Source: a bacterium (GTDB lineage: Bacteria; JACRDZ01; JAQUKH01). Taken from it: a stretch of 48,168 nt of DNA. Positions 7,613 to 16,726 of the stretch are shown here, in pieces. Both the position numbers and the translations under genes were made by a program. Location: positions 1-48,168 of the forward strand of contig JAQUKH010000021.1 in assembly GCA_028719205.1 (NCBI GenBank), in the 5' to 3' direction. Positions within the stretch are counted from its first letter, which is position 1, and each line of letters begins with the position of its first letter. The notes beneath the pieces are model-generated. The model worked only from the letters and a program-made list of their open reading frames with translations. It made no database searches and was not told the origin of the DNA.

Positions 7613-8940
7613 TCCTGCAATTTACGATAAAGCGTAGCCACACCGATCCCCAAAATATTTGCCGCCTCTTCGCGGTTCCCGTCCGCGAAATCAAGCGTCC
7701 TCAGGATCGCGTTTTTTTCCATATCTTCCAGTTGCGTCCCGATGGAAAAGGTTATATCCGGCTGCTTTTTCCCGTTTTGTATGGACTGGGGCAGGCAGTC
7801 GGTTGTAACAATATTATTCCTGCACATAATAACCGCGTGCTCAATAGTATTTTCCAGCTCCCGGACATTACCGGGCCAGGTATAACTTTTAAATATCTGC
7901 ATGGTTTTATCATCTACCGCTTTAATATCTTTATTATTTTCTTTTGAATATTTTTCCAGAAAATAATTTACTAGAAGCGGTACATCCTCTTCTCTCTCAC
8001 GCATGGGAGGCAAATGAATATTAATAACATTCAGACGATAATAAAGATCCTCACGGAATTTTTTTTGTTCTACCGCATCCTTAAGATCATGATTAGTCGC
8101 CGCGATAAGCCTCGCGTCAACTTTTAGTGTTTCTGTTCCTCCAACCCGCTCAAACTCCCCTTCCTGTAAAACCCGCAAAAGTTTTACCTGCAGGTGCGGG
8201 CTGATATCACCAACCTCATCAAGAAAGATCGTTCCGCCGTTAGCCAATTCAAAACGCCCCGGTTTTTCCTTTATCGCCCCGGTAAACGCCCCTTTTTCAT
8301 GGCCGAACAATTCGCTTTCAATCAGATTTTCAGGCAGGGCGGAACAATTAATTTTTACAAGCGGTTTATCCTTCCGGGGGCTGTTATAATGGATAAGCTC
8401 AGCAATGATCTCTTTACCCGTCCCGCTTTCCCCCGTTATCAAAACCGTTCCGCGCGTCGGCGCGATCTGATAAACAACCTTTAAGATCTCCTTAAAAACA
8501 CGGCTTGAACCGATCACCTTGCTGGAAATTGATTTACCAAAAAGCTCCGCTTTCAGAGATTTATTTTCTATGATCAGGCTGTGCTGTTCCAGCGCCTTGC
8601 TGACTACGCGCCGAATGTCCTGCATCCTCAACGGTTTTGTAAGGTAATCATACGCCCCTTCCCTCATTGCCTCCACAGCGGTCTCAACACTTCCAAAACC
8701 GGTGATGATAACGATCGTAATATCCGGATATAATTTTTTTATCATTTTCAAAAATTTCAGGCCATTCATACCGGGCATCATCAGGTCGGTCAAAACCAGG
8801 TCAGGTTCTTTTTCATTGATCTTTTCCAGCGCCTCTTTGCCGTTATTCGCGGAAGAGACAGTATAACCATCCGCAGTCAATCCCTCAATAATGGCGTCAA
8901 CCGTATTTATGTCGTCATCGATCACTAAAATATTCGCCAT
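7594..8940 (-). CDS. sigma54-dependent NtrC/AtoC-family response regulator
   Basis: Receiver domain, 'GESGTGKE', 'ESELFGHEKGAFTGA', 'FLDEVG', 'WPGNVREL' and a C-terminal Fis-type HTH. Confidence 0.95.
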   Translation of the reverse strand: MANILVIDDDINTVDAIIEGLTADGYTVSSANNGKEALEKINEKEPDLVLTDLMMPGMNGLKFLKMIKKLYPDITIVIITGFGSVETAVEAMREGAYDYLTKPLRMQDIRRVVSKALEQHSLIIENKSLKAELFGKSISSKVIGSSRVFKEILKVVYQIAPTRGTVLITGESGTGKEIIAELIHYNSPRKDKPLVKINCSALPENLIESELFGHEKGAFTGAIKEKPGRFELANGGTIFLDEVGDISPHLQVKLLRVLQEGEFERVGGTETLKVDARLIAATNHDLKDAVEQKKFREDLYYRLNVINIHLPPMREREEDVPLLVNYFLEKYSKENNKDIKAVDDKTMQIFKSYTWPGNVRELENTIEHAVIMCRNNIVTTDCLPQSIQNGKKQPDITFSIGTQLEDMEKNAILRTLDFADGNREEAANILGIGVATLYRKLQDYQNEN

Positions 8941-10028
8941 TACAAAACTACCTCCTCAACCGGCAAAAATATATTTACCTTCGTCCATTTTCTTTCTTCA
9001 CTGTCTATTTCTATCAGGCCGTTATGGACATTAATTATTTCCCTCGTCAGATAAAGCCCCAATCCTGTGCCGCCTCTTTTGGACGAATAAAATGGCGTAA
9101 AAAGGTTCAACATCTCTTCTTCGGGTATCCCTTCTCCTTTATCATAGATCTCTATACCGACATGATCCTCATTAAATAAGGTTGTTAATCTTAAATATCC
9201 CTGCTCAGGCAGCGCCTGGACTGAATTTTTTATTATATTTATAATGGCCCGCCTCATTTGTTCATAATCCACTGAAACCTCCGGCATCCCTTTAGTAAAT
9301 TTTTCGTCTATCTTTATTTTTTTACTGTAAATTAATTTATTAAGGCTGTCGAGGCTGTCTTTTATCAAACGGTTAACATCCGTAAGTGTAAGGTCAGTGG
9401 CTGAAAGCTTTGATAACGACAGGTAATCGTCCACAATATCATTTAACCGGTCTATCTCTTTGCGGATAATACCCAGCCGGTGTTCCAGTTTAGGGGTAAA
9501 GTCCTTGACTAACCTGCGAATCTCATCTTCCAGAAGGTCTGTATTCAGGAAAAGTGAATTCAGGGGGTTTCGTATTTCATGCGCCACGCAGCCTGCAATA
9601 GTTCCCATTGCCGATAATCTTTCCGTTTCCAGAAGCCTTTTCTTAACTTCCATCAATTCACTTGTGTCACGGAAAGTAATAAGTATCCGGGGTAAACCTT
9701 TTTCTTTGCTGTCAAGACGGGTAAAAGAGATCGTTATCGGGATCCGTTCGCTGTTCTTGTTGATTATTGTCGCCTCGCGGTGTTTTAATTCCTTCCGTCC
9801 CTGGATCTCGATCAGAAAATCCTTTATCTGGAGCGGATCAGAAAAAAGATCCGAAACATCCGTCCCTTTTTTTTCTTCAAGGTCCAGCCCGGTAAGTTTT
9901 TCCGCCACCTTATTCCATGACAGGATCTCACCCAGTTCGCTCACCGTGATCATCGAGTCCGGATAATACCGGATAAACCCCGTAAGATAATCTTTTAACT
10001 TATCTTCTTTCTCAACTCTTTTTTTCAT
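8940..10028 (-). CDS. cytoplasmic PAS-domain sensor histidine kinase
   Basis: PAS ('WNKVAEKLTG'), H-box 'AHEIRNPL', N box, 'DKGEGI', 'FTPFYSSK' and 'GTGLGL'. No TM segment. Confidence 0.92.
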   Translation of the reverse strand: MKKRVEKEDKLKDYLTGFIRYYPDSMITVSELGEILSWNKVAEKLTGLDLEEKKGTDVSDLFSDPLQIKDFLIEIQGRKELKHREATIINKNSERIPITISFTRLDSKEKGLPRILITFRDTSELMEVKKRLLETERLSAMGTIAGCVAHEIRNPLNSLFLNTDLLEDEIRRLVKDFTPKLEHRLGIIRKEIDRLNDIVDDYLSLSKLSATDLTLTDVNRLIKDSLDSLNKLIYSKKIKIDEKFTKGMPEVSVDYEQMRRAIINIIKNSVQALPEQGYLRLTTLFNEDHVGIEIYDKGEGIPEEEMLNLFTPFYSSKRGGTGLGLYLTREIINVHNGLIEIDSEERKWTKVNIFLPVEEVVL

Positions 10029-10089
10029 TATAAAAATATAATAGCATAATTCTATTTTAATTCAAGAAAATTTGGATATAATATAAATA

Positions 10090-10890
10090 ATGGATAAATT
10101 ATTTTTATATTTTTTTTCAGTGTCTTTAGTTTTAGCCGGAATTGGTTCTTCCGCCTCTATAACATTTTTTGCTTTCCCCCGAAAAAGTTTGCTTAACATT
10201 TTAAAGCATATTCTATTTGTTACTCTTTTTACATATTCCGTAAGCCTGATATTACGGACCATACTCTGCCGGTATGCCCCGATGACAGGCTTATTTGAAT
10301 CGCTGTTTTTTTTCGGCTGGTCAATATGTTTTATGTGTTTCATTGTCTGGCTTCGTTTCGGGGAAACATTTTTTTTGCCATTCTCTTTCCCGATGCTTTT
10401 CCTTTTAACGCTAAAGGCTTATTTTTCTTCGTGGAAGATCAATCCTCTCTTCCCCGCGCTAAAAACCATTTGGTTCGCGCTTCATGTTTCGACTTCTTTT
10501 CTGGCATATAGTATTTTCTTAATAGGTTTTGGCGGAGGAGCCTGCTACCTTTTAAAAAGCGCTTCGCGCTACAGTGATGTTTTACCTGAACGAGATAAAA
10601 TGGACTTCATTACTTACCGGGCTTCAGCCTGGGGGTTTTTTCTGTTCACATTCTCGATGTTTGCCGGCGGGATATGGGCATACCTTGCGTGGTGCAATTA
10701 TTTTATCTGGACGCCAAAAGAGATCTGGTCCATCCTGCTCTGGACTTTTTACGCCTTTTACCTGCACGCGAGGCTGTTAAATGAATGGTCCGGAAAACGC
10801 TGCGCGTGGCTGGGGATCCTGGGATTTATTTTTACAATGTTTACTTATCTGGGCGTAAGCCTTTTAATGAAAAGTTCACATTCCCTTTAG
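10090..10890 (+). CDS. ccsA: System II cytochrome c biogenesis heme lyase (CcsA/ResC)
   Basis: Multi-TM protein with 'PALKTIWFALHV', WWD-like 'GGIWAYLAWCNYFIWTPKEIWS', 'FYLHAR' and C-terminal 'SHS'. Confidence 0.88.
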   Translation: MDKLFLYFFSVSLVLAGIGSSASITFFAFPRKSLLNILKHILFVTLFTYSVSLILRTILCRYAPMTGLFESLFFFGWSICFMCFIVWLRFGETFFLPFSFPMLFLLTLKAYFSSWKINPLFPALKTIWFALHVSTSFLAYSIFLIGFGGGACYLLKSASRYSDVLPERDKMDFITYRASAWGFFLFTFSMFAGGIWAYLAWCNYFIWTPKEIWSILLWTFYAFYLHARLLNEWSGKRCAWLGILGFIFTMFTYLGVSLLMKSSHSL

Positions 10891-10930
10891 GAAGCATGGA
10901 GCAAAGAGCATGGCGCATGGGGTATAATTC

Positions 10931-11983
10931 ATGAAATTAATTTGGAAATTTTTTAAATCTATAAGGCTCACAATTTATCTTTGCGTAATTTATATCATAT
11001 TATCTTTATGGGGATCTTTTTCTCTTCAGATAGACGGGGATCTTTATAAAACAATTGATAATGAAGTCCTTTTTAACTGGCTAAGACAAACGGGCCGGCC
11101 TGCGATAAACAAAACTTCCTGGATATTTCTTTTGATAATTAATATAGTGTTTCTTGGCATTAACACCTTAGTATGCACCATTGACCGGCTCGCTAATATC
11201 TGGAAAAGGGTTTTTAATCGCAATTTAAATATCCAAATAGAATTTTTGAATAGTCTAAAGTTCCGCAGCGAAAAAATTGCTGAGGGGGATCCTGAAGTTA
11301 TAAAAAATGTTATTCTTACTCAACTGCACAGGAAGGGATACAATACCATCACTTCTGTTCCTGACAAACAACAAACAACGGATAACGCTTGCCCACGAAT
11401 AATTATTTACGCGGACAAAAACTGTTTCTTCGCGTTTGCCGAAGTAATAGTTCATTTCGCCTTTATCCTGCTGCTTCTGGGGCACTTGATCACAAGCATT
11501 TACGGTTCTAAAAGCATAGACAACGTCGCGTGGAAAAACTATAAGACGGTAATTCCAAACAAAACTTTTTCAGTTTTGCTGCATGATATAAATATGAGAT
11601 TCTATCCAAGCGGCCAACCGGAGGACTTCTCCGCCGATATCGGTATTATTAAGGATAACAACGAAGTTACAAGAAAAGTAATCAAAATTAATTATCCTCT
11701 TTTTTATGACGGAAATGTGGTTTATCTTACAAACCTCGGTTATGACCAGTCCGCCAACTGGCCTTACGCGGTTTTAACTGTCAACAGCGATCCCGGAGCT
11801 AAATTTGTTTTATGGGCAGGGATCTTTTTTATGATCGGACTTCTGGGAACATTTTTCGTTACATACCGCCGGATATGGATCTTTATTACTTCATTAGAAA
11901 ACGGGCAGATTGAAATTAAAGCCGGCGCATGGATTAATCAAACAGGATATAAAATGGATAAAGAATTAGAAAATATTATCTAA
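10931..11983 (+). CDS. resB: System II cytochrome c biogenesis protein ResB/Ccs1
   Basis: 'FFKSIRLTI', 'NTLVCTIDR', 'IVHFAFILLLLG', 'KINYPL' and 'SDPG'. Adjacent to ccsA. Confidence 0.85.
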   Translation: MKLIWKFFKSIRLTIYLCVIYIILSLWGSFSLQIDGDLYKTIDNEVLFNWLRQTGRPAINKTSWIFLLIINIVFLGINTLVCTIDRLANIWKRVFNRNLNIQIEFLNSLKFRSEKIAEGDPEVIKNVILTQLHRKGYNTITSVPDKQQTTDNACPRIIIYADKNCFFAFAEVIVHFAFILLLLGHLITSIYGSKSIDNVAWKNYKTVIPNKTFSVLLHDINMRFYPSGQPEDFSADIGIIKDNNEVTRKVIKINYPLFYDGNVVYLTNLGYDQSANWPYAVLTVNSDPGAKFVLWAGIFFMIGLLGTFFVTYRRIWIFITSLENGQIEIKAGAWINQTGYKMDKELENII

Positions 11984-11991
11984 AATAAATT

Positions 11992-12495
11992 TTATTTTTT
12001 TTCCTTTTCTATTATAAGAAGGATCAATCCGCAATCAGGGCATTCAACAGCGCCCGTTTCCACAGGCGACCCGCAAGCAGGACATTTTCCTTTACTGATC
12101 ATCTCGTTCGAGGTTTTCAGCTCAGGATATTTTTTCATACAGTACTCTTCGATCTTCTCATGAGCCTTTTCCATATCTTTTTCAGAAACCAAAAGCATGC
12201 TTTTATCCCCGCAACATCCTTTTCCACAGCCATCATCTTGACTGATCGCGCAGGGAATATCCGCTTTAACTAAAACAATAAATATTTCTCTGATCCATCC
12301 TGAATCCCCTTCCCGTACCGCGACCGGATTTTCCAGAACTACATTATCAAATTTCATTATTTCTTCACTTGTTAATTCTTTTTTTTCATCCTTAATCTCT
12401 TCAGGCGGCACCAGAATCGTTCCGCAATGCACGCATTTTATAATGTGAGGTTGATATTCTTCCCTGCATTCAGGACATATTTTTATTTGTGACAT
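11992..12495 (-). CDS. hypothetical protein with N- and C-terminal zinc ribbons
   Basis: CPEC...CVHCG and CPACG...CPDCG, with a central 'GCGKGCCG' loop. Confidence 0.75.
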   Translation of the reverse strand: MSQIKICPECREEYQPHIIKCVHCGTILVPPEEIKDEKKELTSEEIMKFDNVVLENPVAVREGDSGWIREIFIVLVKADIPCAISQDDGCGKGCCGDKSMLLVSEKDMEKAHEKIEEYCMKKYPELKTSNEMISKGKCPACGSPVETGAVECPDCGLILLIIEKEKK

Positions 12496-12498
12496 TGT

Positions 12499-13071
12499 TT
12501 ATCTCATAACTCCAATTCGCCTGAGCTCAAAGTAGCATTTCGAACAAGCCCTGACATCGACAAGCGCATTGTGGGCGTCATCAAATCCTTCCTCAAAAAG
12601 CCTCGCGTGCAGTTCCTGTAATTTTGGCCACTTGTTGCCGTAAGGGCCGGGAATCTCACAAAAGTTTGTTGATGACAGCATTGTGCATTTCCTTGGTTTT
12701 TCATCTAAATGGTTAAAATATCCCATTCGTAAAAACTCCGCGCCGAGGATCTTTTCATCAAACTGCATATTATGCGCGATTAAGGTAAATACTTTAGAAA
12801 TATCCGCCCTGATCTCATCAAGAACCGGCTTTAAATCAACACCATCCTGGTTGGCAATCTCGTTAGTAATTCCATGGATCCTGGATGCTTCTTCGGGAAT
12901 CGAGAATCCGTCCGGTTTAATAATATACTCCGCGCTTTTGATCTCATCCCCGTTATTGTCAGTAACTAACCACGCAAGCTGTACAAGCCGCGGCCAGTTT
13001 CTAAGATCAGAAACCGGCGCTTTGTAGTTTTTTGGAATCCCGGTTGTTTCTGTGTCAAAAAATAAATACAT
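12499..13071 (-). CDS. DEDDh 3'-5' exonuclease (DnaQ-like)
   Basis: 'FFDTETTG', 'AHNMQFD' and 'AHNALVD'. Confidence 0.9.
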   Translation of the reverse strand: MYLFFDTETTGIPKNYKAPVSDLRNWPRLVQLAWLVTDNNGDEIKSAEYIIKPDGFSIPEEASRIHGITNEIANQDGVDLKPVLDEIRADISKVFTLIAHNMQFDEKILGAEFLRMGYFNHLDEKPRKCTMLSSTNFCEIPGPYGNKWPKLQELHARLFEEGFDDAHNALVDVRACSKCYFELRRIGVMR

Positions 13072-13226
13072 GTATCTCCCCCGCGTACTTTTCGTTTAAA
13101 GATAGAAACAGTATATCAAATTAAGGTTATTATTCCATCAAAATTTTTATTTTAGATACAGTGGATTTTCAATAGCAATTGATCAATTTAGAAAGAGGAT
13201 CTCTATTCGAGCTGAGCAGTCAAACC

Positions 13227-13260
13227 AACCGTAGGGAATAATATGATATCCCCTACGGTT
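13227..13260 (-). terminator. hairpin, probable terminator downstream of the PEP-CTERM gene
   Basis: AACCGTAGGG...CCCTACGGTT perfect 10-bp stem. The U-tract is weak. Confidence 0.5.
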
Positions 13261-13289
13261 CAAAGTTCGATATTAATTATAACTGATCT

Positions 13290-13916
13290 TTAAATCTTTT
13301 TCCGCAAACTTACCGCACCGAACAAACCAGAAACTAAACTTCCAAGTAAAAATATTGTTGAGGGTTCCGGAACTTGCGGCGTTTGTTCGTTTTCTCTTAT
13401 ACTAACCGCATCCAGGTACCCGCCCAACGAATCACTGGTACCTCCTGCCCTAAATTCTAACTTTGAGCCATTGTTTCTTGCAGTTACAGTATAATTATAA
13501 ACCGTCCAGCTGGTAACATTACCACCTTGAGCACTTATTGAAGCAAATAGAGAGCCTTCAAAATAGGCGTTGATCCAATTTGAAGCATAACTAACGCTCG
13601 GCCTGGGAGAATATGCAAAACTTAAATTGTAAGTTTGCCCCTGTAAAGTAGGAATTAATTGTTCCATGCCGCTATTACTATAACTATCTAATTCCACATG
13701 CTGAAAACCTTGATATGGGGCTCCTGCCACATTATTCTGGATTTCAATTGTTCCGAAAGTAGCCGTCCATCCCGGAATAGAAGTATAGGAACCGTACCAA
13801 GTGCCATAAGCTAATACCGGCTCTTCAAAACCGCCATTTACTATTGAAATGGCGTGTGCTGATGTAATTGCAAAACAAAAGGCAATTACAAATGTAAAAC
13901 AAAATAACTTTTTCAT
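13290..13916 (-). CDS. PEP-CTERM sorting-domain protein with DUF642-like beta-sandwich
   Basis: Signal peptide (MKKLF...AHA), 'IVNGGFEEP', 'YNLSFAYSPR', 'LDAVS' and C-terminal VPEP-TM-RKK. GGGGA RBS precedes ATG at 13916. Confidence 0.88.
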   Translation of the reverse strand: MKKLFCFTFVIAFCFAITSAHAISIVNGGFEEPVLAYGTWYGSYTSIPGWTATFGTIEIQNNVAGAPYQGFQHVELDSYSNSGMEQLIPTLQGQTYNLSFAYSPRPSVSYASNWINAYFEGSLFASISAQGGNVTSWTVYNYTVTARNNGSKLEFRAGGTSDSLGGYLDAVSIRENEQTPQVPEPSTIFLLGSLVSGLFGAVSLRKKI

Positions 13917-13975
13917 TTTCCCATCCCCCTTTTTAAGTGTTCTTAACAATTTTCTTTAAAAAAACTACCTTAAAT

Positions 13976-14008
13976 AAAAAACCAGCTAAACACAAATAGC
14001 TGGCTTTT
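13976..14008 (-). terminator. intrinsic terminator inside the 5' leader of the PEP-CTERM gene
   Basis: Minus strand AAAAGCCAGCTA-tttgtgtt-TAGCTGGT-TTTTT. Confidence 0.65.
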
Positions 14009-14079
14009 GTCCTATATCAATAAGATTTACCAAAGATGAATGACCTATGCCCTATACAAAACCATTATAAATTATATAT

Positions 14080-14108
14080 ATTATACATTAAATTATAACT
14101 TTTGTCAA
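14080..14108 (-). promoter_or_regulatory. sigma70 promoter
   Basis: Minus strand TTGACA-17 nt-TATAAT, an exact consensus match. Confidence 0.75.
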
Positions 14109-14198
14109 ATAAAAAATATCCTCAATCAAGAAAAGAAGCTAAAATATTTATTTTTTATTGACGATTATTTTAATCTGGCATATATGGTAAATAGAAAT

Positions 14199-14356
14199 GG
14201 GCATGGGATACAATTATAGATCCCGCTAAATGCCCACAAATAATCCCGGCCTATATTGGAGACAAATGGATTAGGGTTAAAAAAATAGTTGGAAATGCTT
14301 ATTGCACCAACGATCGGCCTTAATAATCCGTCTCTGAAAGGCGCGGGATTTTTTTT
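14199..14356 (+). ncRNA. candidate structured intergenic RNA (short hairpin, then long interrupted hairpin with T-run)
   Basis: Nested pairs AATCCCG/CGGGATT, GCCT/AGGC, GAGAC/GTCTC, GGATTA/TAATCC and GTTGG/CCAAC. Preceded by a GGGCAT.GGGAT/ATCCC.ATGCCC hairpin. Strand is uncertain. Confidence 0.35.
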
Positions 14357-14458
14357 GCCAGACACCCTGCGGGCAATTCCTCTTTTCACATTTCCAAAAT
14401 TAAATTAATTTAATAACTCTTTTTTCCGATAAATTAATCTTAGCAAAGGATTTAAATT

Positions 14459-14905
14459 ATGAAAAATATAAATTCCCCCCGAATTCTAATGTTTTTATTC
14501 ATTTTCCCGCTTATAGCCGTTCCGAATATCAAGGCCGCGGAAAAACAAAAATTAGCTGTTGTAATCATTAAAAAAGATATCCAGCCGGTTAACATTAAAA
14601 TAAAATGTGAACGAAAAAACGATGATATGGGTAAATGCCTGTCATGCCATGAGAAAAATGGATGGAAAGATATGAAGTTTGTTCACGGGCCATTAGCTAT
14701 AAATGACTGCCGTCCGTGCCATATTAAACCGGACAAAGAAGTTTTAAAAAAAGCTGAGGTTGATTTCAGAAAAAATCCATGCAATTTTTGCCATCAGGAT
14801 TCTGAAATTAAAAACGCCCACCCTGAAACTTTAAAGAAGGAAAAACTTAACTGTCTGACCTGCCATAATCCGCACGCGTCAGATAAGGAATATTTTTTGA
14901 GATAG
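14459..14905 (+). CDS. exported tetraheme cytochrome c
   Basis: Signal peptide; CLSCH, CRPCH, CNFCH and CLTCHNPH; 'VHGP' distal-His motif. Confidence 0.85.
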   Translation: MKNINSPRILMFLFIFPLIAVPNIKAAEKQKLAVVIIKKDIQPVNIKIKCERKNDDMGKCLSCHEKNGWKDMKFVHGPLAINDCRPCHIKPDKEVLKKAEVDFRKNPCNFCHQDSEIKNAHPETLKKEKLNCLTCHNPHASDKEYFLR

Positions 14906-14934
14906 TTGGCAGCTGATAACGAATGTCTGATTTT

Positions 14935-15858
14935 TCAACTTATATTGATATCTAACGTGTCCAGAATTCTTCCCAGATCATCTTTTGAATAATATTCGAT
15001 CTCAATATGCCCGCCCTTCCCTTTCGCGTTTATTTTCACCTGCGTGCCGAAAAATCTTTTCATCGACTCTTCGTATTGGAACAGGAACGGGTCTTTAGGT
15101 TTTTCTTTCGACTCTTTTAATCTAATTCCACCCTGGCGGTTAGCCACCTGAACTATCCGCTCAACATCTCTTACGGAAAGATTTTTTAAAATAGTTTTAC
15201 CGTACACCATTAATTGTTCGACTTCAGTCTTTAAGCCTAATAAGGCCCGTCCGTGTCCGTATGTTATTTTTTCTTCTATCAGCGCCCGTTGGATCTCTTC
15301 CGGCAATTTCAGAAGCCTGAGAGTATTTGCCACGTTTGATCTTTCCTTGCCGACCTTCTTTGACAGGGCATCCTGGCTTAAACCGAATTTATCCATCAGC
15401 TTTTTATACGCCTTAGCCTGTTCCATCGGGTTCAGGTCAGCCCGTTGTATATTTTCGATCAGTGCAAGTTCCAGAGATTCTTCATTATCCACATCCCTGA
15501 CAATAGCCGGAATATCTGAAAGCCCCGCTTTTTTTGCCGCGCGGAACCTGCGTTCTCCGGCTATCAGTTCATACGCCTCGCCTTTTCTCCTGACCAATAT
15601 AGGCTGAATTATACCTTTTTCTTTAACAGATTCTACAAGCTCATCAAGTTTTGCCTGATCAAAATCCTCCCTCGGTTGAAACTCGTTGGCAATAATAGAA
15701 TTCAATGGAACTTTTACAACATGTATTCCGCTTAAAGGGATATGAGCTATTTGCGCCTCTAATTTATCTATACCGCTTCCGGACATTGGTTCTGTTTCCA
15801 TCTTTCCATGCGGAATAAGAGAATCCAAACCCCTGCCCAAACCACTTTTTTTCATCAT
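14935..15858 (-). CDS. parB: chromosome partitioning protein ParB/Spo0J
   Basis: 'GLGRGLDSL', 'QPR', 'LIAGERRFRAA' and 'ALIENIQRADL'. Confidence 0.96.
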   Translation of the reverse strand: MMKKSGLGRGLDSLIPHGKMETEPMSGSGIDKLEAQIAHIPLSGIHVVKVPLNSIIANEFQPREDFDQAKLDELVESVKEKGIIQPILVRRKGEAYELIAGERRFRAAKKAGLSDIPAIVRDVDNEESLELALIENIQRADLNPMEQAKAYKKLMDKFGLSQDALSKKVGKERSNVANTLRLLKLPEEIQRALIEEKITYGHGRALLGLKTEVEQLMVYGKTILKNLSVRDVERIVQVANRQGGIRLKESKEKPKDPFLFQYEESMKRFFGTQVKINAKGKGGHIEIEYYSKDDLGRILDTLDINIS

Positions 15859-15874
15859 AATCTTTCCTCCTCTT

Positions 15875-16726
15875 TTATTCTATTATACGCGGCAGATAAT
15901 TTTCTTTTTTTTCCTTTAATATATCTAATTTTTTCAAATCTACATTCGGACTGTTCACAAAAATCTGCGCGGATTCCAAAACTTCATTGCAAAATTGCAA
16001 ATATGTCTGCGCGCCGCGGCATTTTATATCATAATATATTATCGGCTTGCCGTAACTCGGAGATTCGCTCAACCTGACGTTTCTGGGTATTATAGTTTTA
16101 TATACTTTATCGGCAAAATATTTCTGGATCTCCTGTATTACCTGCTTCGATAAATTTGTTCTGTCATCATGCATTGTTAAAAGCGCGCCGTCAATCTCTA
16201 ACCTGGGGTTTAAACGTTCCTTAATTAATTTGATCGTGTTCAGTAACTGGCTTAAACCTTCAAGCGCGTAATATTCGCACTGGACCGGAATTATTACGCC
16301 GTCAGCCGCGTTAAGGCTGTTAATGGTTATAAGCCCCAGAGAAGGCGGACAATCAATAACAATATAATCATAATTATTCTTTATTCCTGCTAACGCGCTT
16401 TTTAACCTTGACTCTCTTTCCAAAACATTAACAAGCTCAACTTCCGCGCCTGTCAGGTGTATATTAGAAGGAATAAGGACCACACCGTGGCTTTCCGTAA
16501 GAATAATTGTATCTTCAATATTAACATTATTAATTAAAACATCATAAATACTCTTTTCTACCGTATTTTTATTTACACCAAGGCCGCTTGTGGCGTTTCC
16601 CTGAGGGTCCATATCGATAAGTAAAACCCTTTTTTCCGCCCTCCCTAAACTTGCGGCTAAATTAATAGCAGTAGTAGTCTTTCCCACTCCGCCTTTTTGA
16701 TTTACAATAGCAATTATTCTGGACAT
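15875..16726 (-). CDS. parA: chromosome partitioning ATPase ParA/Soj
   Basis: 'NQKGGVGKTTT', 'DMDPQGN', 'IDCPPSLG' and 'IPRNVRLSESPSYG'. Confidence 0.96.
   Translation of the reverse strand: MSRIIAIVNQKGGVGKTTTAINLAASLGRAEKRVLLIDMDPQGNATSGLGVNKNTVEKSIYDVLINNVNIEDTIILTESHGVVLIPSNIHLTGAEVELVNVLERESRLKSALAGIKNNYDYIVIDCPPSLGLITINSLNAADGVIIPVQCEYYALEGLSQLLNTIKLIKERLNPRLEIDGALLTMHDDRTNLSKQVIQEIQKYFADKVYKTIIPRNVRLSESPSYGKPIIYYDIKCRGAQTYLQFCNEVLESAQIFVNSPNVDLKKLDILKEKKENYLPRIIE

Noticed and set aside
10062-10343. Minus-strand 93-aa ORF and the many other antisense ORFs in the track
   Set aside because: They are shadows of well-supported genes on the opposite strand or frame, with no recognisable motifs.
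10893-10922. Heptamer repeats AGCATGG/AGCAAAG/CGCATGG between ccsA and resB
   Set aside because: A short intergenic tandem repeat of a common kind; no function is supportable from sequence.
14165-14389. 74-aa minus-strand ORF, and TGGCAT at about 14176 as a sigma54 promoter
   Set aside because: The ORF has no RBS or motif and overlaps a hairpin-rich region. The TGGCAT lacks the -12 TTGC.
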